Positions 31,964-40,558 of a stretch of DNA of 64,000 nt are shown here, in pieces (positions within the stretch are counted from its first letter, which is position 1; each line of letters begins with the position of its first letter). The stretch covers positions 1,728,001 through 1,792,000 of the forward strand of contig OY969559.1 of assembly GCA_963701075.1 (NCBI GenBank). The letters are read 5' to 3'. A program made the translations under genes and the position numbers. The stretch is from an uncultured Nitrososphaerota archaeon (GTDB lineage Archaea; Thermoproteota; Nitrososphaeria; Nitrososphaerales; Nitrosopumilaceae). The notes under the pieces are model-generated. The model saw only the letters and a program-made list of their open reading frames with translations, had not been told where the DNA came from and ran no database searches.

Positions 31964-33154
31964 ATGGACGATCCGAATTATTATGCATACAAGTATAACG
32001 AGATGGGAACAAAACCAAAGAAGATCCACATCCTCGATAGTACTCTGAGGGAAGGAGAACAGCACCCAGGTGTTACGTTTTCCAACAAGCAGAGAATCCA
32101 GATTGCATGGATGCTAGACTATTTTGGTGTTGACCAAATTGAGATTTCACCAGTGGTGTCACCAGATCATAAAGAAGCTACCAAGACAATAATCAAGCAG
32201 GGACTCAAGGCAGACATCGTCACTCATGTGCGCGCCCTAAAGGAAGATGTTGATATTGCACTAGAGTGCGATGCCACATGGATGGCAACCTATCTTGGAA
32301 TATCTGACATTCACATGAAAGACAAGCTGAGAATAACAAGGGAGGAGGCACTACGAAGAGCAGTGGATACGGTAGAGTATGCAAAATCGCACGGATTTAA
32401 GATGCGATTCACAGTTGAGGACGGCAGCAGGGCTGACCCAGAATTTCTCATCAAAGTTTGCAAAGAGATTTCAGATGCAGGTGTTGACAGAATCAGCATA
32501 CCGGATACTGTTGGAATAATGAGACCAAATGGTATGTACAATCTAGTAAAGGCAGTTCGTGATAAAATAAAGACCCCGCTTGATGTGCATTGCCACAATG
32601 ACATTGGACTTGCGTTATCTAATGCACTTGCAGGATGCGATGCAGGAGCTGATCAGATTCACACTACTATAGACGGTATCGGTGAAAGAACCGGCATACC
32701 TGCCCTTGCAGAGACTGCAGTTGCACTCACTTATCTTTACAGGTCTCCAAATAATTTTAGACTGGACATGCTGATGGACCTATCAAGATTGATTGAGCAG
32801 TACACAAGCATTACCCCGTATGATTCTAAACCAATTGTTGGCTCAACCGCATACAAGCACAAGGCAGGAACACACCTGGCTGCAATTCTTAGAAACCCCG
32901 CAGCCTATGAGCCAATCGAGCCAAAGGTTGTAGGCAACAGGAGAAAAATAGTATTTGGTGAGCTTGCAGGCAAGAACGGTGCAGCATACCTCATGTCAAT
33001 ACTAGGTCTTGACCAAGATGAGGAACATGCAAAAAAAGTGGCAGCAGGCCTCAAGAATCTAAGGATGGGAGACCTACTTGAGATACCGCTTGATGACAAG
33101 CTTGAAAGAAAGATAATTAATGACACCCAGGTTAAGGTAAAGACAGGTAAGTAA
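31964..33154 (+). CDS. homocitrate synthase / LeuA-family DRE-TIM enzyme
   Basis: DSTLREGEQ, HCHNDIG, GIGERTG; no regulatory domain. Confidence 0.85.
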   Translation: MDDPNYYAYKYNEMGTKPKKIHILDSTLREGEQHPGVTFSNKQRIQIAWMLDYFGVDQIEISPVVSPDHKEATKTIIKQGLKADIVTHVRALKEDVDIALECDATWMATYLGISDIHMKDKLRITREEALRRAVDTVEYAKSHGFKMRFTVEDGSRADPEFLIKVCKEISDAGVDRISIPDTVGIMRPNGMYNLVKAVRDKIKTPLDVHCHNDIGLALSNALAGCDAGADQIHTTIDGIGERTGIPALAETAVALTYLYRSPNNFRLDMLMDLSRLIEQYTSITPYDSKPIVGSTAYKHKAGTHLAAILRNPAAYEPIEPKVVGNRRKIVFGELAGKNGAAYLMSILGLDQDEEHAKKVAAGLKNLRMGDLLEIPLDDKLERKIINDTQVKVKTGK

Positions 33155-33155
33155 T

Positions 33156-33320
33156 ATGAAATGCATAGAATGTGACGCCGACATCAACCCCCCAAAGGAT
33201 TCAATGGAGGGAGAGATTGTGACTTGTCCAGACTGTGGTGCAAGTTTTGAGTTATCCAAAGGATCCTCAGGCTTTGAGTTAAAACCAGCACAAACTGTTG
33301 GTGAGGACTGGGGCCAGTGA
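33156..33320 (+). CDS. lysW: second LysW paralogue (54 aa, ends EDWGQ; not in ORF track)
   Basis: Manual translation MKCIECDADINPPKDSMEGEIVTCPDCGASFELSKGSSGFELKPAQTVGEDWGQ. Confidence 0.88.
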   Translation: MKCIECDADINPPKDSMEGEIVTCPDCGASFELSKGSSGFELKPAQTVGEDWGQ

Positions 33321-34166
33321 GCTCCGGTCTATCGATACTCTACGATACCATCAGGTGGGAAGAAAAAGACTCTGTTTGATGCCGCAAAGAAAAAAGACAT
33401 CGATGCAAAGATGGTTGATTGTAAGAGTTTATCCATTAATTTAGACAAGACCGAAGAGAGCTATGGCACTGCCATACAGAGATGTGTCAGCTATTATCGC
33501 AGTCTGCACTCCACTGCAGCACTTGAGGGAAAAGGGGTCAATGTAATCAACAGCTTAAACACCAGCATATTTGCCGGAAACAAACTCTTCACCCACATGC
33601 TCTTGGTAAAAAATGGAATTCCAACACCATTTAGTGCAGTTGCATTCTCAGAAGAAGCTGCACTAGAGACTTTGGAAAAAAGGGGATACCCAATGGTTCT
33701 AAAACCAACTGTTGGAAGTTGGGGAAGAATGATTGCCTTGCTAAATGACAGAGATTCTGCACAAGGAATAATGGAGACACGGGAGACAATGTATCCAATT
33801 TATCAGGTGTATTACTTGGAGGAATTTGTCAACAGGCCACCACGAGATATCAGAGCCATAATGATAGGCGACCAGGTGGTCGCAGCGATTTACCGCTATT
33901 CTGGCGATGGGCAGTGGAAGACAAACATGGCTCTTGGTGGCAAGGCAGAGCCACTGAAGGTGACAAAGGAACTAGAAGACATTTGTATCAAGGCAAAAAA
34001 TGCAGTACAGGGGCAGATAGTAGGAGTAGATCTGATGGAAAGCAAGGAAAACGGCCTGGTGGTTCACGAGGTCAATAACACAACGGAATACAAAAATACC
34101 GTAAGAGTTACTGGCGTAGATATACCAGCCTTGATGATAGATTACGCAATACAGTCGAGAAAGTAA
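33317..34166 (+). CDS. lysX: LysX ATP-grasp ligase (frameshift near 33365)
   Basis: GTG start overlapping lysW stop, YDTIRWEEK, KPTVGSWGR, HEVNNTTEYKN. Confidence 0.87.
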
Positions 34167-34169
34167 GAA

Positions 34170-35306
34170 TTGGACTCTTCAATTACCATTACACCAACAT
34201 ATGCAGTAAAGATGCTAGAGAAGGCTCTAAGACTTTACACGCCATCTCTTTCTGAAAAACCACTTGCGGATTTTCTGGCAGACAAGTGCGACGACTTGGG
34301 CTTTGAAAATATTCGCGTTGATGAGGTAGGCAACCTTATTGCAACAAAGGGCTCGGGTTCCCCAAAGATACTTCTTTGCGGTCATATGGATACTGTTCCA
34401 GGAAAGATAAAGGTCAGAAATGAGAACGGGTACGTCTATGGCAGGGGAGCTTCGGATGCAAAGGCGCCATTGATGTCAATGTTGCTAGCAGCCGCATCTG
34501 TTCAAAATAACACAGGAACAGTTGTCTTTGCAGCAGTGGTGGACGAGGAAGGAAATGCAACTGGGATCAAAAGTTTGGTCAAACAAAAATTAGATATCGA
34601 TTACGCAATTTTTGGCGAGCCTAGCAGCATAAAAAATATCACCATTGCATACAAGGGAAGAATTGCCATAAACCTGAAGATAAATGTAGGAGACAGCGCT
34701 CATGCCAGTGCACCATGGCTTGCAAAAAATGCAATTGAAGAGTCATATGTTTTTACCACTGCAATAAAGGAAGCGCTGGAAGGAAACCAAGATGGCAAAC
34801 CAAAAAGCATGATGTTGACTGTTGCACTCACGGAAATAAAGGGAGGCTCAAGCCACAACGTAACTGCAGTAGAGTGTGATGCAATCATGGACATAAGAAT
34901 TCCAGTAGACATGAACTGCAAAATGGTTGGAGAAAAAATTGCAACAACAGTCCAAGAGGTTGCCAAAAAACAGGGAGTAAATGCATTTTATTCCGTTCTA
35001 GACGAGACAGAACCATTTGAGGCACCGCATGCTTCACCACTTGTCAGGGCATTGACATTAGGAGTATTAGATGTCGAAAAGGCAAGGCCGCAACTTATCA
35101 GAAAGACTGGAACAGGTGATATGAATATCATTGGAAACACACTGAATATTCCAGTGGTAACATATGGACCTGGAGACCCCCATGCATCACATACAATTGA
35201 TGAGCACGTATCAACAGATGAATATGTACGAAGCATTGAGGTATTCAAGAGAATGCTGTACCATCTCAAGAGATTGCACGACAATCACACAAGTTCTGAC
35301 AAATAA
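34170..35306 (+). CDS. lysK: LysK/ArgE M20 hydrolase
   Basis: GHMDTVPG, GRGASDAK, DEEG, GTGDMN. Confidence 0.87.
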   Translation: MDSSITITPTYAVKMLEKALRLYTPSLSEKPLADFLADKCDDLGFENIRVDEVGNLIATKGSGSPKILLCGHMDTVPGKIKVRNENGYVYGRGASDAKAPLMSMLLAAASVQNNTGTVVFAAVVDEEGNATGIKSLVKQKLDIDYAIFGEPSSIKNITIAYKGRIAINLKINVGDSAHASAPWLAKNAIEESYVFTTAIKEALEGNQDGKPKSMMLTVALTEIKGGSSHNVTAVECDAIMDIRIPVDMNCKMVGEKIATTVQEVAKKQGVNAFYSVLDETEPFEAPHASPLVRALTLGVLDVEKARPQLIRKTGTGDMNIIGNTLNIPVVTYGPGDPHASHTIDEHVSTDEYVRSIEVFKRMLYHLKRLHDNHTSSDK

Positions 35307-35348
35307 CATAAAACGAACACCAAAATATACAACAAAGAGATTTGCGTT

Positions 35349-36386
35349 ATGTTATGGTTTATCGGACTTGGGATTTCAGGACTAGATGGAATTAGCCCAA
35401 GCACATCAAAGATTTTAAAAAAAGCTGACTTGGTTTTCTTTGAAAACTTTACAAGTCCTATACCAAAAAGTGACCAGTCCAAAATAAAAAAACTTGTCAA
35501 AAACAGGTTCAGGATTGCTCCGCGGTGGCTAGTAGAGGACGGCAAGATAATTCTTGCAGCAGCCAAGAAAAAGACAGTTGTTCTTCTTGCATATGGCGAC
35601 CCTTACATTGCAACCACGCATATCGAGCTGCGAACTAGGGCAGAGATTGAAAAGATAAAGACCAAGACTGTACACGCAGCATCTGCAATACCATCCCTTG
35701 TTGGAGAGTGCGGATTACAATACTACAAGATTGGGCGCCCTGTTACGGTAATGAGAGAGCAAAAGTCTTGGAGTACCGTATACCATACCATTTACGAGAA
35801 TCTTGTAAAGGGCGCACATAGTATTTTGATACTAGAATACAGCAGCATTGAAAATTTCTTTTTAGATCCAAGAGATGCAATCTCAAGTCTCTTATTTGCA
35901 GAAAGCGAACAGAAAAGAAATGTTATCGACGAATCAACATTTATCATAGTAGCTTCAAGAATTGGATCTAGGACCCAGAGCATAACGGCTGGAAAACTCT
36001 TTACTCTTTCCAAGATGGATTTTGGAAAACCCCCGCATACAGTCATCATTCCAGGAAGGATGCACTTTACAGAAACGGACGCGCTCAAGGCGTTTGCCAA
36101 ATGTATTGACGAGCCCTTTGATAATTCATCGAAGATACAAAAAATATCAGACCAGATGATTACAAAGTATGTTCCAAAGGCAAGACGAGCACTAGACGAG
36201 GTCATCAAGATCTTCCAAGACGACAAGAGTGTACAGCCAGTCATAGAAAATGCGCATCTCTATATCGATGACGCTGAGAAATTTCAAAGCGATGGAAAAG
36301 AAGAGCTTGCAATACTTAGCATTGGATATGCAGAGGGCCTGATCGATGCGTTGCGTCTCTCAAAGGGCATAGACCCGTGGACATAG
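35349..36386 (+). CDS. dph5: diphthine synthase with C-terminal DUF357-like domain
   Basis: FIGLG, GDPYIATTH, GLQYYKIG; tail SIGYAEGLIDAL. Confidence 0.9.
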   Translation: MLWFIGLGISGLDGISPSTSKILKKADLVFFENFTSPIPKSDQSKIKKLVKNRFRIAPRWLVEDGKIILAAAKKKTVVLLAYGDPYIATTHIELRTRAEIEKIKTKTVHAASAIPSLVGECGLQYYKIGRPVTVMREQKSWSTVYHTIYENLVKGAHSILILEYSSIENFFLDPRDAISSLLFAESEQKRNVIDESTFIIVASRIGSRTQSITAGKLFTLSKMDFGKPPHTVIIPGRMHFTETDALKAFAKCIDEPFDNSSKIQKISDQMITKYVPKARRALDEVIKIFQDDKSVQPVIENAHLYIDDAEKFQSDGKEELAILSIGYAEGLIDALRLSKGIDPWT

Positions 36387-36426
36387 ATTAATCAAGTGTT
36401 AGAATATCGTATCTTGAAGCTTAAAC

Positions 36427-36483
36427 AATCCAACGCCCTGCCCTACAATTCATTTATTCTCTAATTCGTGGTCTTTCGTCAAT
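36427..36483 (+). repeat. degenerate copy of dispersed hairpin repeat (left part)
   Basis: AATCCAACGCCCT (36427) and TGGTCTTTCGTCAAT (36469) have the same 42-nt offset as in the 52982 copy. Confidence 0.7.
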
Positions 36484-36753
36484 GTGAGCGTCACCCAAAT
36501 CCTTCTTTAAAAGCGCAACTTGTTCAAGTTCTCTAAACAACATATCAGCTGTAAGAAGTTGAACATATAGCTCCATCACTTGTTCATCTGACATGTTTGT
36601 TTTTTCTGGCATTAATCCATAAGGAACTAAAACACTTTCTATAAACTTCCACATATCTTCTAACGCATGACTATTTTCATTCATACTCTTATGATGATAA
36701 CGTGAATGATATACAAGTGCATTTTCCGTTGTCGCCAACACAACTATAGCCAT
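36454..36753 (-). CDS. hypothetical cargo protein
   Basis: 99-aa ORF; its C-terminus (IDERP) is encoded by the repeat. Confidence 0.5.
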   Translation of the reverse strand: MAIVVLATTENALVYHSRYHHKSMNENSHALEDMWKFIESVLVPYGLMPEKTNMSDEQVMELYVQLLTADMLFRELEQVALLKKDLGDAHIDERPRIRE

Positions 36754-36883
36754 GAGATTTTAACACATAGTGTTCCTTTATCTCATGTCCACAACTTTTG
36801 CACTTTGCTGTATCAAGTCTATCAACAGAATCTTCTTTTCCATACATATGCGTCGTAGTCAAATTCCTACCCCCCCCCCCCAA
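36689..36883 (-). CDS. small Cys/His-rich putative zinc-binding protein
   Basis: CKSCGH...H...C...CTC pattern. Confidence 0.45.
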   Translation of the reverse strand: MGGGGRNLTTTHMYGKEDSVDRLDTAKCKSCGHEIKEHYVLKSHGYSCVGDNGKCTCISFTLSS

Positions 36884-36905
36884 GTCTTATACTTTTTGCT
36901 TACAC

Positions 36906-36992
36906 TCCCAAAATCTGGTCTTTCGTCAATTAGCGGAGTGTGGGAATGAGGAACGAGTGACGAATGTAGCGTAAGACCTGAAAGACCGCTTA
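36906..36992 (+). repeat. dispersed hairpin repeat, full copy
   Basis: TCCCAAAATCTGGTCTTTCGTCAATTAGCGGAG...AGCGTAAGACCTGAAAGACCGCTTA; near-identical to 53014-53100. Confidence 0.9.
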
Positions 36993-36999
36993 GAAAAAC

Positions 37000-37578
37000 T
37001 CACATTCCTCTATGACTTTTAGGAGGCCCAATTTGTATTCTGTATGACTGGGTATCTGCACTCCAAAGCAGAGCAAACCCTGCACCGTGTGGTCTAATCG
37101 CTTCACATGTTTCGGCATCAAGAACGAATTCTGTTTGGAATAATCTGACAGGAGTTCTTGCACCTACCAATGAAGCGTAGATTTCAAGCAGATGTTTTCC
37201 TGATGTAAAACTGAAACCATCAGTCTCGCCTGATAAAAGGAAGTGGTCAAACAAAGTCCGTCCTTCCTCACCAATTTTAACTCCTCCAAGATGAACCTTG
37301 TTTCCCTCAAAGTATATCCATTCACCGAAGGTTGCTACTGACCCATCTCGTATAACTTTGACAAACATAGATTCCACTACTTGACCACGCTTTGCAGTAC
37401 TGTAGAGTAAAGCCGTTACCACTATTTTGAACTGACCGTCATAACCATCTCTTGTAAAGAACAAGGCTGTCGGTCGTGTCAATTTCAAATTTCCTCGTTG
37501 AAAATATGTCAGGTATAATGCAACCATAGAAATGACAAAAGAACCTGATGCAATCGCTAGACTAAACAGATCAACCAT
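37000..37578 (-). CDS. membrane-anchored hypothetical cargo protein
   Basis: N-terminal TM helix then beta-rich domain. Confidence 0.65.
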   Translation of the reverse strand: MVDLFSLAIASGSFVISMVALYLTYFQRGNLKLTRPTALFFTRDGYDGQFKIVVTALLYSTAKRGQVVESMFVKVIRDGSVATFGEWIYFEGNKVHLGGVKIGEEGRTLFDHFLLSGETDGFSFTSGKHLLEIYASLVGARTPVRLFQTEFVLDAETCEAIRPHGAGFALLWSADTQSYRIQIGPPKSHRGM

Positions 37579-37619
37579 TACGCATCTATTCTTTCAAAAT
37601 AATATTAACATGTTGAACT

Positions 37620-38065
37620 ACCCCTGCCAAACGACTATCAACGAAGTTGAAGGAGTGCGGAGTCATCGTCAGATGACGGAGACCCTGCCAAACGAACGTA
37701 GTGAGTGCGGAGCGAAGCGGAGACCCTACGAGCCGACATAATCCGAGCGGAGCGAGGACGAGCCTTGCAAAGCAAGGCGAAGCCCGAGGGTGCGTATACG
37801 CACCCGAGGTGTTATGGAGGGGAGTGCGTAGGGGGTGCGTTCTGACGCACCACCGTAGCCCGTAGCACAGCGTAGGGTGAGGCCTGGAGCAAAAAGAGGG
37901 TGGCTCGAAGAGACGGGTGAATTTTTGCGTAAAGCCAAATACTGCCCTCCATAACAATAGCAATCACGGAACGAGCAAAGCGAGGAGGATTGCGTGGGTT
38001 ATGTCGGCGAGTCATAATTATGGAAGCGAAGTCTCAAGAGGGGTGTCCGAAGGACGGGGTGAATT
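37620..38065. other. GC-rich, extensively self-complementary non-coding region (candidate ssDNA origin or structured RNA)
   Basis: Nested inverted repeats 37732-37744/37996-38008 and 37810-37821/37945-37956, hairpins at 37762, 37788 and 37834, internal direct repeats. Confidence 0.75.
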
Positions 38066-38132
38066 GAGATTGAGCATATCAAAAACAATATTAGAATAAT
38101 CTACAACCAAAATAAGTATAGCAACACGCAAA

Positions 38133-38378
38133 ATGAAAATAATTAATGTTGGATTATCTGCTCTCGGCATGACAATATCATTAATTGGCACTTTTGGACT
38201 ATGGTTCACAACCCACAAATTTTATCTTTGTATAACAAATCCTGCTAATAGCGCAAATTTAACAAATTGTGTAAACATGTCTAGCGAAGATTTTCCCTAT
38301 GTTCTTATGTCAATACTGGGTATCTTCTTACCTATCTTCGCTATGGTATTAACAACAAATCTCAAAAAAGACGATTAA
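38133..38378 (+). CDS. small two-TM cargo protein
   Basis: 81 aa, two hydrophobic helices, Cys pair in the loop. Confidence 0.55.
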   Translation: MKIINVGLSALGMTISLIGTFGLWFTTHKFYLCITNPANSANLTNCVNMSSEDFPYVLMSILGIFLPIFAMVLTTNLKKDD

Positions 38379-38430
38379 AGTTGAGCCTTCGATTCTCTTG
38401 TGATGTGCAAAAGGCAGTGCATTAGCGTTG
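38375..38430 (+). repeat. short-hairpin variant of dispersed repeat
   Basis: TTAAAG-GAGCCTTCG...CTCTTGTGATGTG...GCGTTG, colinear with 38964-39024. Confidence 0.6.
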
Positions 38431-38543
38431 CAAACCACAAAATATAACGTTGTGCAACGTATCTAAGAATAGTCGGAATTTGCCAAAGCGGGGTATAAAT
38501 AACAATAAATAACAATAAATAACTCGGACGCAGTAATTACAGT

Positions 38544-38678
38544 ATGACCAGACATTGGACAGATCAAGAAGTTCAAGCCTTCAAAACATGGAATGAAAAA
38601 CGCAGTTCAGGCGGTTTAGGAAAACCTATGCGTTTTAATAACGTAGATTCTTTGATGAACTGGTTACATGCAAAATAG
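38544..38678 (+). CDS. putative antitoxin (44 aa, not in ORF track)
   Basis: MTRHWTDQEVQAFKTWNEKRSSGGLGKPMRFNNVDSLMNWLHAK; overlaps start of next ORF. Confidence 0.5.
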   Translation: MTRHWTDQEVQAFKTWNEKRSSGGLGKPMRFNNVDSLMNWLHAK

Positions 38679-38961
38679 TAATTGGGAAATCGAAGCCTAT
38701 CCACTCTCAGATTTTAAAAATGAGTTTAATTCTCTAAGTTTACCTGCACAAAATGAAATTGAACAATTACTTCGGGAGTTAGTGGTTTTATCTGACCCAG
38801 AGGATAATGATTGTGCAGTTGATTGCCCAAAATTACCTGGATTCAATAATGCTGTAAAATACATAACCCAAAATGGCGCAATCCTGATTGTTGCTTTAGA
38901 AAGAATAGAACTTGATACTCTTAACACATACACAATAGTCCTTTTCTCCTGTTCTGAATAA
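38668..38961 (+). CDS. RelE/ParE-like small protein (putative toxin)
   Basis: WEIE...DFKNEFNSL...AQNEIEQLLREL N-terminal pattern; 97 aa; coupled to upstream small ORF. Confidence 0.45.
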   Translation: MQNSNWEIEAYPLSDFKNEFNSLSLPAQNEIEQLLRELVVLSDPEDNDCAVDCPKLPGFNNAVKYITQNGAILIVALERIELDTLNTYTIVLFSCSE

Positions 38962-38963
38962 AA

Positions 38964-39024
38964 TTAAGCGAGCCTTCGGCTCACCTCTTGGGATTGTAAG
39001 AAACAGATGTTAAGGCGTTGGATT
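38964..39024 (+). repeat. short-hairpin variant of dispersed repeat
   Basis: TAAGC-GAGCCTTCGGCTC...TTGGGATTGT...GGCGTTGGATT; last 11 nt are the reverse complement of 36427-36437. Confidence 0.7.
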
Positions 39025-39076
39025 TTATTAAATCCCGACAAGACTCTTTTATACTTAGAATTGTCATACACCGTAA

Positions 39077-39460
39077 ATGTATGATATGTCATCAATAAAA
39101 GACAGATTTGATTTATTTCTCAAAGCATCTCTTCACTATAAGAATCGCATAGAGTCTTTATCCCATGATGATGACATGAAAGTATATTGTGAGATAACAA
39201 CGAATTTTTTGAGTAAAGATGTGTCATTATTAGAAGAAATAACCAAGGTCATTAAAAACAAAGATTTACAAAGTTTCAAAGATCAGATGGACAGATACCA
39301 ACCAATTATCTGTTTAGCAATAACATGCTACCTCAAGGATTTACAAAGTTTCAAAGAAAAATTACCGAAGAAATTTGAATATGTTATGCTCACTTCCTTA
39401 CAAACTGTAGCAAAGGAAATCGAAGCCATTGAAGAACTTAAAGCAAGTTTTTGTAGATAA
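39077..39460 (+). CDS. hypothetical helical cargo protein
   Basis: 127-aa AT-rich ORF with its own TATA-like upstream sequence. Confidence 0.55.
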   Translation: MYDMSSIKDRFDLFLKASLHYKNRIESLSHDDDMKVYCEITTNFLSKDVSLLEEITKVIKNKDLQSFKDQMDRYQPIICLAITCYLKDLQSFKEKLPKKFEYVMLTSLQTVAKEIEAIEELKASFCR

Positions 39461-39517
39461 CATTAAAGTGCAAGATCGCCGTATTATAACTGCCTAAGAA
39501 CTAGGCGAGGTGAAACC

Positions 39518-39673
39518 GTGTCAGACAACATCGAGCAGATGGCTTGGAAACTAGTGGAAGAAAACCCACTGTTCAAGCACGCAAAACCATACCTCAAGTA
39601 TCTAGCCATGAAAGAATTGGAATACAAGATACGAAAGGCGGTATGGGAACTCAAAGACCTCTTAAGACAGTAG
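39518..39673 (+). CDS. small hypothetical protein (51 aa, not in ORF track)
   Basis: GAGGTGA SD + GTG; SDNIEQMAWKLVEENPLFKHAKPYLKYLAMKELEYKIRKAVWELKDLLRQ. Confidence 0.5.
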   Translation: MSDNIEQMAWKLVEENPLFKHAKPYLKYLAMKELEYKIRKAVWELKDLLRQ

Positions 39674-39742
39674 CACCTTTCGAGCCACAAGAAAAGTAAG
39701 CGTTCAATCAAGAACGCCCAAAAAGTAATGTGGCTCAACCCA

Positions 39743-40057
39743 TTATTCTCTCAAAAGTCTCTTTAGTTCCTTGATTTTAGACTCGCTCACAACTTCGCTA
39801 TCACTAGAGTCGTTAAGGTAGTGCCATAGTTTCTCTTTAGACCTCTTGAAAATATGGTAACCTATTATGGCAAGCGAGTCAGACGAACCCAGCATAGAGA
39901 TAAAGTCAATCAGTTCTACAAGGCTAATCTCAGAAACAAGATAGAGAACCAGAGCCACTACACCATTAATCAAAAAGAAGGCAATCGCTATCACGACAAT
40001 CTGCGTAAAAGCAATAGCGATTTTATGGTCTTGTCTAAGCCTCATCTTTCTCATCAC
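39743..40057 (-). CDS. small membrane protein of integrated element
   Basis: Two hydrophobic segments and charged tail. Confidence 0.6.
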   Translation of the reverse strand: MMRKMRLRQDHKIAIAFTQIVVIAIAFFLINGVVALVLYLVSEISLVELIDFISMLGSSDSLAIIGYHIFKRSKEKLWHYLNDSSDSEVVSESKIKELKRLLRE

Positions 40058-40295
40058 TTGTTAGTGGCTTTTGCCTGTGCCTTCTCGCTATATGGTCTGC
40101 CAAGTTTTCTGCCGAAAAGAATCTCATGCTACACCCAGCCATACTGCACCTATACTTTGGCTGTTCTTTCTGCTCGCCTCTTGTCTTGAACCAATCCAAA
40201 AGGAGTGTGTTAATCAACTCGTTTGGGTCTATATGCTCTTCTTGTCTGAGACGTGTCAACGCCTCAAAGTTTTGTCTTGTTAGGTATATTTGCAT
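40035..40295 (-). CDS. RHH-like + C2H2 zinc-finger DNA-binding protein
   Basis: QIYLT...INTLL N-domain; CSMAGC...F...L..HIARRH finger. Confidence 0.65.
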   Translation of the reverse strand: MQIYLTRQNFEALTRLRQEEHIDPNELINTLLLDWFKTRGEQKEQPKYRCSMAGCSMRFFSAENLADHIARRHRQKPLTSDEKDEA

Positions 40296-40357
40296 TTTAT
40301 CACCAATAATGATATGATAAAAACATCTAAGAACCCATACGCCAGTTTGCTTTTACT

Positions 40358-40558
40358 TTAATGCTCAAGCACTAACATGAAAACTGCAAAACCTATCATG
40401 AAAAAAATTGGAAACAATTTTTCAAACAGTCTTTCTTTACTTCCTTTTCCAGAATCCTCTATTGCCCATTGATTTTTAGTCTTAGGATAATCTGGGTGTT
40501 TTCTTAGTAGCCTTTCAAAAAGCCACCACATCTGCGAAGCCCTATGATTTCTTGCCAT
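40358..40558 (-). CDS. small C-terminally anchored membrane protein
   Basis: 66 aa, C-terminal TM; overlaps neighbour. Confidence 0.5.
   Translation of the reverse strand: MARNHRASQMWWLFERLLRKHPDYPKTKNQWAIEDSGKGSKERLFEKLFPIFFMIGFAVFMLVLEH

Noticed and set aside
37532-38218. Overlapping ORFs across the GC-rich structured region
   Set aside because: Arg/Pro/Ala-rich translations typical of stop-poor GC-rich non-coding DNA; no recognisable motifs.
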